Below are positions 1 through 9,437 of a stretch of DNA of 46,654 nt, in pieces. The stretch comes from an uncultured Muribaculaceae bacterium (GTDB lineage Bacteria > Bacillota_I > Bacilli_A > RF39 > UBA660). A program made the position numbers and the translations under genes. The stretch lies in NCBI GenBank assembly GCA_964435635.1, contig CAYSZU010000002.1, forward strand, positions 10,262 through 56,915. Direction: 5' to 3'. Position 1 is the stretch's first letter, and each line of letters begins with the position of its first letter. The notes beneath the pieces were generated by a model. That model worked only from the letters and a program-made list of their open reading frames with translations. It did no database searches and was not told the origin of the DNA.

Positions 1-1
1 C

Positions 2-397
2 TGGGTAACCCAAATTATTTATTCTGCTGCTAATCTTGTTGGCATAGACCCTGAAGATTTTTTTTATAATATGGATTTAGAAGATCTAACAATTGCCACA
101 AATGGTGTGGAATATGTTGAGGCTTCAATGCAAGGAGAAGAAACCCGTAATTATGCCGCTGTTTTCAAAATAGATTTAGGCAATGCTTTTGGAATGGGAA
201 CACCTTATATTCCAGATGAAGAAGAAATTCCAGTTGGAGATGAAGATGAAGAAGAGATTCCAATTAATATTGAAGTTATTCCTGAAAATCCAGAAACTGG
301 AGGTCATGTTCCTTTAATCATAATTAGCTTGGCAACTGGTTTGGCAATCTGGCTTCAAGGAATCAGTAAAAGCAAAAATAAACTTTATAAAATTTAA
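2..397 (+). CDS. C-terminal end of a cell-surface protein (5' end outside window) with sortase-type sorting signal
   Basis: The frame of ORF 71..397 stays open back to nt 2, so the gene enters from the left edge. The C-terminus has an acidic linker (DEEEIPVGDEDEEEIP), then NPETG, a hydrophobic stretch (HVPLIIISLATGLAIWLQGI) and a basic tail (SKSKNK). This is the tripartite LPXTG-like cell-wall sorting layout. Confidence 0.6.
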   Translation, partial: WVTQIIYSAANLVGIDPEDFFYNMDLEDLTIATNGVEYVEASMQGEETRNYAAVFKIDLGNAFGMGTPYIPDEEEIPVGDEDEEEIPINIEVIPENPETGGHVPLIIISLATGLAIWLQGISKSKNKLYKI

Positions 398-420
398 AAA
401 AGACTCAAATGAGTCTTTTT
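396..420. terminator. Bidirectional rho-independent terminator between convergent genes
   Basis: A-run 396-400, stem AGACTC 401-406, loop AAAT, stem GAGTCT 411-416, T-run 417-420. It lies between the stop of the surface-protein gene (397) and the stop of rnj (419). Confidence 0.6.
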
Positions 421-2053
421 ATACTTCTTGGATAACCGCAATAATCATTGGCTTACATTCTGTTTCAGAATATAAATAACGACCTAGATCTTCTCTAATT
501 TCATTTTTTATTTTATTATACTCTATATAATTAGGTGAAATGTTGCGATCAATAATGACTGCACATATTTTTTTTATCTCAGCAATCATTTCGCCAGAAT
601 CTTTAACATAAATAAAGCCTCTAGTTGTTACCTCTGGTCCGACTAGAACTACTTTATCTTTACGGCTAATAGTTGCACTAATTAAAACTATTCCGCTTTC
701 ACTAAGCATTTCACGGTCTTTAACAACTAACTCACCAACATCAGCCGTACTATTACCATCTATTAAGATATCATCAACTTTAACTCGTTCAGTACACTCT
801 TGTAAAACCCCATCAATAATTGATACAACATCACCATTTTGTTTTAATAAGATATTTTCCGCTGGTAATGCTAATCTTGAAGCTAGATCAGCATTATTAA
901 CCATGTAACGGTATTCACCCTCAACTGGCATATAATACTTTGGCTTTAATAAATTTATCATTAACATTAAATCTTCGCTCGATGCATGTAATAATATGTT
1001 TTTATCATATGGAATACTAATTATTTTACACCCTATCATTGATAATTCATTGGCTACCTTAACTAAAAGTCTTTCACTCGATGCATATTCAGCTTCAGCA
1101 AAAACAATTGCATCGGTTTCCTTTAATTTAACAAATTTATCATAGCCATTAATTATTTTATTAATACTACCATATGGGTTTTCTTTATTATCAGCAACTA
1201 ATAAGATAGCATTTTTATCATCAACATTTGTTAAATCTCCTAATAAATCATCTTCAAATTTTAAATATCCTTCTTTTTTACCAAGACTAACCATGTTTTG
1301 TAAAAATTTACCCATAATTACAATTTTTCGATGAGCATTTTTAGCTCCGTTAAAAATATCTTGAATTGTATATAAATGAGTTGGTAAGGTTAAGAATATC
1401 ATCCGCTCTTCATGGCGATTTATTTCATCTTTAAAAAAGTTTGTTAAACGATGACTTGGTGAAGTATGACCAACTTTTTCTGAAAAAGATGATTCACATA
1501 ATAAAGCTAATACTCCTTGTTTGCCAACGTAAGCAATCTTTCCTAAGTCCATTTCATAAGGACCCATCATCGTTGGATCAATGATAAAATCACCTGTATA
1601 ACAGATTGCTCCATCGGCGGTGTTAACAACATACATTACCGCATCGGGAGTTGAATGATTAACATTAATAGGAAAAATACTTACATTATCATAAGTAATC
1701 TTCCGATAAGGAGTTATTTCAGTAATAAGACTCCCTGCTATCCCTAAATTTTCTAAAACAGCTTTAGTAAACTTAGTAGCATGGACTTTAACTTCAGGAA
1801 TAGCTCTTAATAATTCTTCAGTTGAACCAATATTTTCTAAATGGCCATGTGTTAAAAATACGCCCTTAATTCTTTGCTTATTTTTAATTAAATAATCAAA
1901 ATCAGGAATAATATAATCAATCCCAAATAAATTTTCGGTTGCATATTTTAAACCACAATCAAAAACGAATATATCATCATCTACTTCGATAATATAACAA
2001 TTTTTTCCATTCTCATCTAGCCCTCCAAGGCTAAAAATTTTAATTTTACTCAT
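419..2053 (-). CDS. rnj: Ribonuclease J (metallo-beta-lactamase / beta-CASP RNase)
   Basis: 544 aa with an MBL core (KIFSLGGLDENGKNCYIIEVDDDIFVFDCG ... FLTHGHLENIG ... YTGDF). Length and C-terminal domain are typical of RNase J. Motif II reads HGHLEN instead of the canonical HxHxDH. Confidence 0.85.
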   Translation of the reverse strand: MSKIKIFSLGGLDENGKNCYIIEVDDDIFVFDCGLKYATENLFGIDYIIPDFDYLIKNKQRIKGVFLTHGHLENIGSTEELLRAIPEVKVHATKFTKAVLENLGIAGSLITEITPYRKITYDNVSIFPINVNHSTPDAVMYVVNTADGAICYTGDFIIDPTMMGPYEMDLGKIAYVGKQGVLALLCESSFSEKVGHTSPSHRLTNFFKDEINRHEERMIFLTLPTHLYTIQDIFNGAKNAHRKIVIMGKFLQNMVSLGKKEGYLKFEDDLLGDLTNVDDKNAILLVADNKENPYGSINKIINGYDKFVKLKETDAIVFAEAEYASSERLLVKVANELSMIGCKIISIPYDKNILLHASSEDLMLMINLLKPKYYMPVEGEYRYMVNNADLASRLALPAENILLKQNGDVVSIIDGVLQECTERVKVDDILIDGNSTADVGELVVKDREMLSESGIVLISATISRKDKVVLVGPEVTTRGFIYVKDSGEMIAEIKKICAVIIDRNISPNYIEYNKIKNEIREDLGRYLYSETECKPMIIAVIQEV

Positions 2054-2374
2054 TTTGTATCTCTTTTCTATTTATAGTTATAAAGGCGTCACTACTTGTA
2101 TAAGTATAACAAATATTACTTTAGATAGCAAATATTTTTATTTTTAGTATTTATATAGCAAAAAACTAAAATACCCGATTTTAGTTTTGCTGTTAGTTAG
2201 TTAATTATTGGTGCCCATAATAATTAGTTGGATAATTTGCGTACCTAGTAAATCATCAGCTTTTGCTGAAGTGAATTTTAATTAAACAACTATTATTATT
2301 TATATCCTTTCTTTAATTATTGTAGTGTAAATCAATTTTAATTATTGACGCGTAAATATTACGTCAATTTTACA

Positions 2375-2716
2375 CTAAGCTTTTTCTTCGTCTTTTTTTG
2401 GTGATGATAAAAAAGTTACTTTTTCGGCAATTACTTCCGTAACATACTTCTTAGAACCATTTACATCATCGTATGAATGAGCTTGCAAACGGCCTTTTAC
2501 ACCAACAATATCGCCTTTTTTACAATACTCGCTAGTATTAGTTGCAATCCCGTTCCATAAAACGCATTTGATAAAGTCTGTTTCATACAAACCTTCCAAA
2601 TTCTTAAATGTTCGCTGGACAGCAAGCGTTACAGCCGATACCTTTTTCCCGTTATCAGTTTCGACTAACTCTGGGTCAGCAGTCAATCGGCCGACCAATA
2701 CAACTTGGTTTAACAA
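2375..2716 (-). CDS. ssbB: Single-stranded DNA-binding protein, short SsbB type without acidic C-terminal tip
   Basis: 113-aa OB-fold SSB (MLNQVVLVGRLTADPEL ... FIKCVLWNGIA ... KGDIVGVKGRLQ). It is in the same length class as Firmicute competence-type SsbB. It ends PKKDEEKA, with no DDD(I/L)PF tip. Confidence 0.8.
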   Translation of the reverse strand: MLNQVVLVGRLTADPELVETDNGKKVSAVTLAVQRTFKNLEGLYETDFIKCVLWNGIATNTSEYCKKGDIVGVKGRLQAHSYDDVNGSKKYVTEVIAEKVTFLSSPKKDEEKA

Positions 2717-2880
2717 TGTTATTACCTCCCTTCAGAGGCAATATATCAAATGTAAAAAGGTTAAACAAATCAGGATAATTAAAATATATTATGATAATTT
2801 AAACAAAAAAGCTTTTTTCCCTAGTAATATTTGTTTTTTAGTAATTAAAAATACTATTTTAAGTAAATAATATAGTATTT

Positions 2881-4170
2881 TTAATTTTTTAACAAACGAT
2901 TTAATTCAACAGCATATTCAAGTGGTAATTCTTTCTTAAAATCATTAATAAAGCCCATTATCAATAACTCTTTTGCTAAGTTTTCACTTATGCCCTTACC
3001 AGTTAGATAGAATAACTTTTCAGCATTTATTTTAGATACTGTTGCTTCATGTTCTAGACTAGATGAATCATTATCAACAATATTTGTTGGATAGGTATCA
3101 CTTTTTGATTCTTGATCAAGAATTATCGTATCACATTTTATTGCGGCCTGACTGTTAATTGCTGAAGCAGTTATATGAGTTGTTCCACGATAGTTACAAA
3201 CTCCCCCATTTTGGGAAATTGATTTACTAATAATATTACTTTTGGTGTTTTTACCTAGGTGAATCATTTTAACACCAACATCAAGGCTTTGATTTGCTTT
3301 TGCAAAGGCAATACTAATAGAGTTTCCAACAGCGTTATCCCCTTTTAGAATACAAGATGGGTATTTCATTGTTATATAACTACCAAGATTACCATCAATC
3401 CATTCCATTAAGCCACATTCCTCTACTAAGGCTCTTTTAGTCACTAAATTATAAACGTCTTTTGACCAATTTTGAATCGTCGTATATTTACATTTTGCTT
3501 TTTTCATCACATAAATTTCAACCACCCCAGCATGAAGCGAAGTAGCTGAATAAGTTGGGGCAGTACAGCCTTCGATATAAGATAACTCAGCTCCTTCTTC
3601 AAGAATAATTATTGTCCGTTCAAATTGACCTATTGAAGCTGATTCGATCCTAAAATAGCTTTGTAAAGGGCGGTCTAGTTTTATGTTGGCTGGAATATAA
3701 ATAAATGATCCGCCACTCCATAAAGCACCATTTAAAGCAGTATACTTATTTTCATCATATTTTACTAAATGATTAAAATACTTTTTAAATAATTCCGGAT
3801 ATTTCTGTAAGGCTTCATCCGTTGAAGTGAAGATTATACCTTCAGTTGTTTGATGATGGTAGAAAACTTCACTATCTTGTTGGTTAGTTACACCACCTAA
3901 ATATTCTTTTTCCGCTTTAATTACCCCTAGTTTTTCAAAAGTATCCCGCGTTTGGCAATTTACTTTATCCCAACTATTGACCATCTTTTTATTTGGATCG
4001 TGATAAAAGTTTATTTTTGTTAAATCTATTTTAATTTCTGGACCAAAAGTTGGGTCCGCTAAGGTTTTAAATTTAGCAAATGCTTGCAAGCGAAAATCTA
4101 GCATCCATTGTGGTTCCTGCTTCTTTTTGGAAAGATCAATAATAAATTTTTTGGTTAAACCTTTATTCAT
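2881..4170 (-). CDS. sufB: Fe-S cluster assembly scaffold protein SufB
   Basis: 429 aa with the SufB-type beta-helix core, including FERTIIILEEGAELSYIEGCTAPTYS and the C-terminal helices LFYLTGKGISENLAKELLIMGF. Confidence 0.8.
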   Translation of the reverse strand: MNKGLTKKFIIDLSKKKQEPQWMLDFRLQAFAKFKTLADPTFGPEIKIDLTKINFYHDPNKKMVNSWDKVNCQTRDTFEKLGVIKAEKEYLGGVTNQQDSEVFYHHQTTEGIIFTSTDEALQKYPELFKKYFNHLVKYDENKYTALNGALWSGGSFIYIPANIKLDRPLQSYFRIESASIGQFERTIIILEEGAELSYIEGCTAPTYSATSLHAGVVEIYVMKKAKCKYTTIQNWSKDVYNLVTKRALVEECGLMEWIDGNLGSYITMKYPSCILKGDNAVGNSISIAFAKANQSLDVGVKMIHLGKNTKSNIISKSISQNGGVCNYRGTTHITASAINSQAAIKCDTIILDQESKSDTYPTNIVDNDSSSLEHEATVSKINAEKLFYLTGKGISENLAKELLIMGFINDFKKELPLEYAVELNRLLKN

Positions 4171-4228
4171 TTAAATCACTTTGTTTATTATACTATACTT
4201 TACTAAATAAAGAAAATAGATAACCCGA

Positions 4229-5182
4229 TTAATTTGTTAGTTTTGGTGGATTAATCATATCATACAAAACGTCTTTAAAACTGTTACTATTAGTTCGCCA
4301 GCCGTTTTCCATCATATTATCTAATTTTTCTGGTGTTGTACTTATTAACCCAACCCGATTATCATATAAGTAACAAAGATATTCACCATCATTTTTAAAT
4401 ATATAACAAGTAACAAGAAAAAGGTAATTAATATCTTGGAAAAATAAATTATATGATTTTAATCTTGCCGTTTCTTTTGGCATTAATATTTCAAACATTA
4501 GTTTATCAATATATCTTTTACCCTCATGAGCACCAAAAAAAGTAGGAACAAGATTTTTTGCCATCATATCTAGTTTAAGTTCAAGCTTTGCCTTTTCGTT
4601 TTCAAAAGGATATTCAATGTTTTCCATCTGCTCTTTAATTTGCTTGTTTCTTTGATCGGTATATATATCACCAGATAGTAAACCGATTTTTTGATCAATT
4701 GTTTTTATATCTTCAAGAGCAATTATTTCATAAGTGTTATACCTATCAGTTGTGTAACCAAACTCATTAGTTTGACAACCACTTTGGATTAAATATAAAT
4801 CTAGGGTTAAATCTAGTAAGTATTTTGTTTGATCAGGCATTGTTAAATCAACTGCAACGTGATTTTGCGCATAATTAACTCCTGGTAAGCCGCGGTCAAC
4901 TAATTTAGCCTCACAATCAATATTAGCATTATTAATCATTAAAGCAAGGATTTCTGATATTTGAATACACGTTTGATAACGACCAACATTTTGAAAGTTT
5001 CCATCCTCGTATTGAGCATGTAGAGCACTGCGATCTTCAGTCATAATACTATAATCATAACAAAAAACCTGACCTAATTTTAAATATAGCCACCTTATCT
5101 TTTCTAACGCTGAAAAATCATCGGGAATATTTTGGGCAATTAAATTTATTTTACTTGTTATGTCATTATCATTTATAATCAT
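4229..5182 (-). CDS. Transglutaminase/papain-like fold protein (paralog family member), no signal peptide
   Basis: Cys-His-Asp pattern: RYQTCIQISEILALMINNANIDCEAKLV ... QNHVAVDL ... YLLDLT. It aligns by eye with ORFs 26050..27795 and 39706..41508. A 4-nt ATGA overlap with the upstream gene indicates an operon. Confidence 0.55.
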   Translation of the reverse strand: MIINDNDITSKINLIAQNIPDDFSALEKIRWLYLKLGQVFCYDYSIMTEDRSALHAQYEDGNFQNVGRYQTCIQISEILALMINNANIDCEAKLVDRGLPGVNYAQNHVAVDLTMPDQTKYLLDLTLDLYLIQSGCQTNEFGYTTDRYNTYEIIALEDIKTIDQKIGLLSGDIYTDQRNKQIKEQMENIEYPFENEKAKLELKLDMMAKNLVPTFFGAHEGKRYIDKLMFEILMPKETARLKSYNLFFQDINYLFLVTCYIFKNDGEYLCYLYDNRVGLISTTPEKLDNMMENGWRTNSNSFKDVLYDMINPPKLTN

Positions 5183-6735
5183 TTTCTATCACCATTCTCC
5201 TTTATTGTAACACTAATATTAGTAAAATCAGCAACTAATGTTACAGGAATTGGTTTTATTGACGAAGAGATGACAGTTTTAATAAACCCGCCCTTTTCAA
5301 GATCAAGAAATAAATATGCTAGATAAGAAGTCTTATTATTTTCAATAACTATTCCTTCATAATAGTTAAATTTATTTTGATCACCTAAATTTCCTTTTTT
5401 AATAAAAGTATCAGTTGGTTTTAATTGATAATCCTTTTCAAGATTAGCAACTTCCGTAGCCGAATCACCATATTTTGTAATCTGTAAATTAATTTGATAA
5501 TCATATTTATTTGTTGCTTCATTATAACCAACCTGAAAATAACGATCATTATTCTGGTTGTTATTATAATCAATTTCCTCATAATGGCCAGGAATTTGAT
5601 AAATAGCTTCATAATATTGGCGTTCTTTTGCGTTACTATCAATAAATATTTTTAGGCTATCAAATAAATAACCATCTTTTAACTCTTTATTAATATTGGC
5701 CCCATATTTTGTAAACTTAATTACTCTTACTTGTTCAACAAAATTCTTCTCGAGCTTTTGATCTTTTACTTCTATTTTAATAATATTAGTTCGTAGATAA
5801 TCAAGGCTAGTTAAAATATATAATTTCTCATAATAACGGTTTTGCTTTTTATTATCATAACTAATTTTATAATTATAACCGTTGCTTGTTTTCTCGTTTT
5901 CAACAACAACGTTTTCAAAATCCGCATGCTCTTGATAATATTTTATTTCTTGGGCAATACCACCATATATAGCAGGATCAGTTATTAAACTTATCAAATT
6001 CTGATAAACATTTCGAACTTGAATTGTTACTTCCTCACAAGTTAAGTATCCACTTGTTGTATCAAAGGTATTCAATTGACATAGTTTTGGAACTTGATAG
6101 CTTACTTCATAATGATTACTATTAATTACGTATTCTTCTTTTTCGTTATCATCTCTATCGCTTTTAAGATAATTGATTCCTGTTATTGGAATTTTAATTT
6201 CAGTTAAAGCATAGTTTGTTGGTAATAATTCAAAATTTTCCTCAATATAACGAAAATTATCTAATAAAATATCAAAATAACTAGTTGGAGCATTATAACT
6301 AAAAACTATTAGATAATCACTATTTTTAGTTACAGCAATTAACACTTCATCATTTGACGTTTGATAAAGTAATTGATAGCCTGGATATTGATGCTTCGTA
6401 ATTGACTGCTGCACGTTATTTATTAACTGATAATTTGGCATAGCTTGTTCAAAGTTATATTTAACATCACCTAAAGTTTCCTTTAAACCTTGGTTCTTTT
6501 GCGCAGCAGTTAATTTAGTTATTTTAATTTCAATGAAACTGTCCGTTTCATGGCTAAATCGAATATACTCCGGACTTTGTTCCTCAATCTGCCAAGTTTT
6601 ATAATAACTAATAGAATACAATTTATTACGACTAGTTTTAATTAATTGGTGATTTTCAAGGTATATTAAAAGAATAAACAGGCCGGCGGCTAATAAGAAA
6701 ACTAAAATTAAACTTATAATTATTTTTTTTTTCAT
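5179..6735 (-). CDS. Membrane-anchored extracytoplasmic protein, unknown function
   Basis: 518 aa with an N-terminal signal-anchor (MKKKIIISLILVFLLAAGLFILLIYL). The start ATG directly abuts the upstream TAG stop (TAGATG at 6733-6738). Confidence 0.65.
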   Translation of the reverse strand: MKKKIIISLILVFLLAAGLFILLIYLENHQLIKTSRNKLYSISYYKTWQIEEQSPEYIRFSHETDSFIEIKITKLTAAQKNQGLKETLGDVKYNFEQAMPNYQLINNVQQSITKHQYPGYQLLYQTSNDEVLIAVTKNSDYLIVFSYNAPTSYFDILLDNFRYIEENFELLPTNYALTEIKIPITGINYLKSDRDDNEKEEYVINSNHYEVSYQVPKLCQLNTFDTTSGYLTCEEVTIQVRNVYQNLISLITDPAIYGGIAQEIKYYQEHADFENVVVENEKTSNGYNYKISYDNKKQNRYYEKLYILTSLDYLRTNIIKIEVKDQKLEKNFVEQVRVIKFTKYGANINKELKDGYLFDSLKIFIDSNAKERQYYEAIYQIPGHYEEIDYNNNQNNDRYFQVGYNEATNKYDYQINLQITKYGDSATEVANLEKDYQLKPTDTFIKKGNLGDQNKFNYYEGIVIENNKTSYLAYLFLDLEKGGFIKTVISSSIKPIPVTLVADFTNISVTIKENGDRK

Positions 6736-8439
6736 CTAAATCCTCACCATCAATATAATTAACGAATTTAATTCATCTAATATCACAATTCGATATTCTT
6801 TACTTTCATAAACACATTTTTTTGCACTATTTAATTTAACAACAAATCCAGTTTTAATTAGTTCGGCTTTAAAAGTCTCAGCCATCATCATTGAACTAAC
6901 ATAATGAGCAATCTCATTTTGATACCTTAAACTAACAATCCCGGCTTGGTAATTCGCTTTTGTTAAAGGCAGAATAATACTATCGCTTAAATTACCAAGC
7001 TGGTTATATTCTCGCCATATTTTAGATGGGATATTATTGATTATTTTCTCTTGGTTGATTTTTTGATAATAATTATCTTTTAGTTCTTGATAAGATACAC
7101 TTGGGATTTCTGTTTCACTATTTATAAGCATATCTTGAATAGATTTTAAATATTTGCTATTTAAACCAACTGAGATGCTAGAATCTAATGCTTCTGATAC
7201 TGCCATGCCAATTAATTGACCTTGACGGTTATATAAAGGACTACCTTGATCAGAATTAGCTAAAGGAAGCAAACTACTAATCTGCTCTCCTGCTTCAATA
7301 ATAATCCCCGAAGTCATTGAAAGACCTTGATTGGTTTTTGAATTGATTGTAATAATTGGATTATTAACCTTCAAAATACTACTATCACCAATTTCAACAA
7401 CTTGGCCTATTTTTTCAGCCAATTTAATAACAACAACATCTAATTCAGCAGAATAAGTAACAACTCCAATCATGTTAAATATCTTATTGTCATGATTAGA
7501 AATAATAATATTCTGCCCGTTAGTTAAAGCCGATTCAAGATAACGCCAGCTAGTGACAATATAGCCTGGCGCGATAAAGAATCCAGTTGCTGAGCCAATA
7601 ATACTTTTATCATAATAAGTATCTAATGATACTATATCTTGTTGATAGCGATTATAAATTGCTGTTGTTTCGCCATCTGTTAAACTATTTAGTTGCGTAT
7701 AATCATATATTTTTGCTTCAGCATAATATTTTGTGTTAATCGCTTTACCAATTGTTTCGTTAGCCGAAACGGTTTTCATAAAAGTAGTTAAACTATCTTT
7801 TGTCTCGGCCATTATCCAATATAATTTATATTCTTGATCACTTAATTTATAAAAATAAGTAAGAATTAAATTTGTTTTAACCGTTAGTAATTCTTTTGGT
7901 TTTTCTGGGTTACTTTTTTCAATTAAGATATCTTTTAATACAGTCCGCGCAACAATATAATCTTTTGTTGCAAATATTTTAACTTGACCTTTATCATAAT
8001 AAATAATATTTTTTTCAGTAATTGTTTTTAACATTCCAGGAATGTTAACTCCGGTAATAGTATCATCATTATATTCTGGTGAGAGGCGATCTACTTCCCC
8101 ACTCTCATTTAAAGGAATTTTTGGGGCATAACGTAATGCAAAAAGAGCCTCTCTTCTTTTTGCATAAAGGATATAATCATTATTATTAATTCCAGGATCA
8201 CCAAGTAATAAGTATGTAATTCGATCGCTTAATTCAGTCAACTCGGTAACTAATTCATGGTTTATACCAGGACTAAGATTAGTAATTGCAAACTTAGGAT
8301 CAAATAAACTAGTTTGATAAGCATTATCTTTAGAAACAGTAAAATTAAGATTTCTTATTAAAAGTTTTCTTTCTTCAGCCGTAACAAAAAAAGCAATTAT
8401 TAATAAACAAACTAACCCAAATAATAACTTTTTCTTCAT
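6736..8439 (-). CDS. Secreted protein with a degenerate trypsin/HtrA-like (S1) domain
   Basis: Signal peptide MKKKLLFGLVCLLIIAFFVTAEE. Residues ~278-435 resemble an S1 protease: GSATGFFIAPGYIVTSWRYL, ELDVVVIKL and NSDQGSPLYNRQGQLIGM. However, R sits where the catalytic His is expected and Q where the catalytic Ser is expected. Confidence 0.6.
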   Translation of the reverse strand: MKKKLLFGLVCLLIIAFFVTAEERKLLIRNLNFTVSKDNAYQTSLFDPKFAITNLSPGINHELVTELTELSDRITYLLLGDPGINNNDYILYAKRREALFALRYAPKIPLNESGEVDRLSPEYNDDTITGVNIPGMLKTITEKNIIYYDKGQVKIFATKDYIVARTVLKDILIEKSNPEKPKELLTVKTNLILTYFYKLSDQEYKLYWIMAETKDSLTTFMKTVSANETIGKAINTKYYAEAKIYDYTQLNSLTDGETTAIYNRYQQDIVSLDTYYDKSIIGSATGFFIAPGYIVTSWRYLESALTNGQNIIISNHDNKIFNMIGVVTYSAELDVVVIKLAEKIGQVVEIGDSSILKVNNPIITINSKTNQGLSMTSGIIIEAGEQISSLLPLANSDQGSPLYNRQGQLIGMAVSEALDSSISVGLNSKYLKSIQDMLINSETEIPSVSYQELKDNYYQKINQEKIINNIPSKIWREYNQLGNLSDSIILPLTKANYQAGIVSLRYQNEIAHYVSSMMMAETFKAELIKTGFVVKLNSAKKCVYESKEYRIVILDELNSLIILMVRI

Positions 8440-8454
8440 CAGATAACCTCCTAT

Positions 8455-9294
8455 CTAAGATAGTCTTTCTTTTAAAACAGCAACTATTTCTTGACTAGCT
8501 AAAGCTGCATTAGTTTTATTAATATAGTAATCATGGAATGCTTCAGCAATAGTTTCATCATATATATCTTTTTTGTTTTCATCAACGGCTAAGGCATAAC
8601 TAGAAATACTTGCTCTAAAATCAAGTAGTGATATTTTATCGTATTTCTTAAGATAGTTTTGATAGGCCTTTTCAATAATCTTTAACGAAGTAATTCCCTT
8701 ATCCCAATCATTAAATAAACTCGTTAAAGCTTGCTGCTCAGTCTCTTTAACATATATAAGCGAATTAATTTGATAATTTTGATAAGCTACTAAAAAAGAA
8801 AGATAATGACCAAATTCATGAGCAAGAGGCGTTGTTTTTGTTGCATTAAGGGGAAAATAACCACTTAAGGCAGCTAACTCAATTTCGCTTTGCATAAATG
8901 GTTCGTTTAAATAATAATAACTATTTAAGCCAATTAGGGTTTTATAGACCCAAGGAAAAGAAGTTCTACTATTAGCTGAAGCAAAAAACCTAGCCCCATA
9001 AAAAATAGCAAGATAATTGTAATCAAGTGTTGTATTAGTTAAAGTTAAATTAGTCAGATAACCTCTAGCATTAGGAAAGTCATTATAAACAGTTGCTACA
9101 ACCTGCTCTAGTTCTCTAGCAAAGGCTAAATCCATCTCGCATAGATTAACCGCCATAATACCATAATTATTAATGATTGACTGCTCAATTACGCTAATCC
9201 CATTATTAGGACAGTTATTTTTCTCTAAGAGTGAATCAGCGATTATTTTTTGTTGGGCAGCTGTTTTAGAAGTTAGCTCAAGGCGATCATACAC
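8455..9294 (-). CDS. HEXXH zinc metalloprotease-like protein (zincin)
   Basis: Contains LAHEFGHYLSF (HEXXH). The called start is a GTG, but the frame stays open for 54 more codons upstream (to 9456) with no ATG, GTG or TTG. See the split-gene finding. Confidence 0.65.
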   Translation of the reverse strand: MYDRLELTSKTAAQQKIIADSLLEKNNCPNNGISVIEQSIINNYGIMAVNLCEMDLAFARELEQVVATVYNDFPNARGYLTNLTLTNTTLDYNYLAIFYGARFFASANSRTSFPWVYKTLIGLNSYYYLNEPFMQSEIELAALSGYFPLNATKTTPLAHEFGHYLSFLVAYQNYQINSLIYVKETEQQALTSLFNDWDKGITSLKIIEKAYQNYLKKYDKISLLDFRASISSYALAVDENKKDIYDETIAEAFHDYYINKTNAALASQEIVAVLKERLS

Positions 9295-9437
9295 ATTATC
9301 AAAATCAACATATGTTTCACCAGCATTTTTCGTTTCAATTCGAATTACTTCTTCTGGTTTATTTACTTCAGTTGGTTTTTGATCAAGAACCTCTTTTTCA
9401 TCGATTGGGGGCGAAGTAATTAACCCAATTTGTGACT

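Noticed and set aside
2158-2192. The long A/T-rich hairpin GCAAAAAACTAAAAT-ACCCG-ATTTTAGTTTTGC in the rnj upstream region, as a riboswitch or sRNA.
   Set aside because: It is a single bulged A/T stem without flanking conserved-looking structure, and no promoter or terminator context could be established. It may simply be an additional terminator after ssbB.
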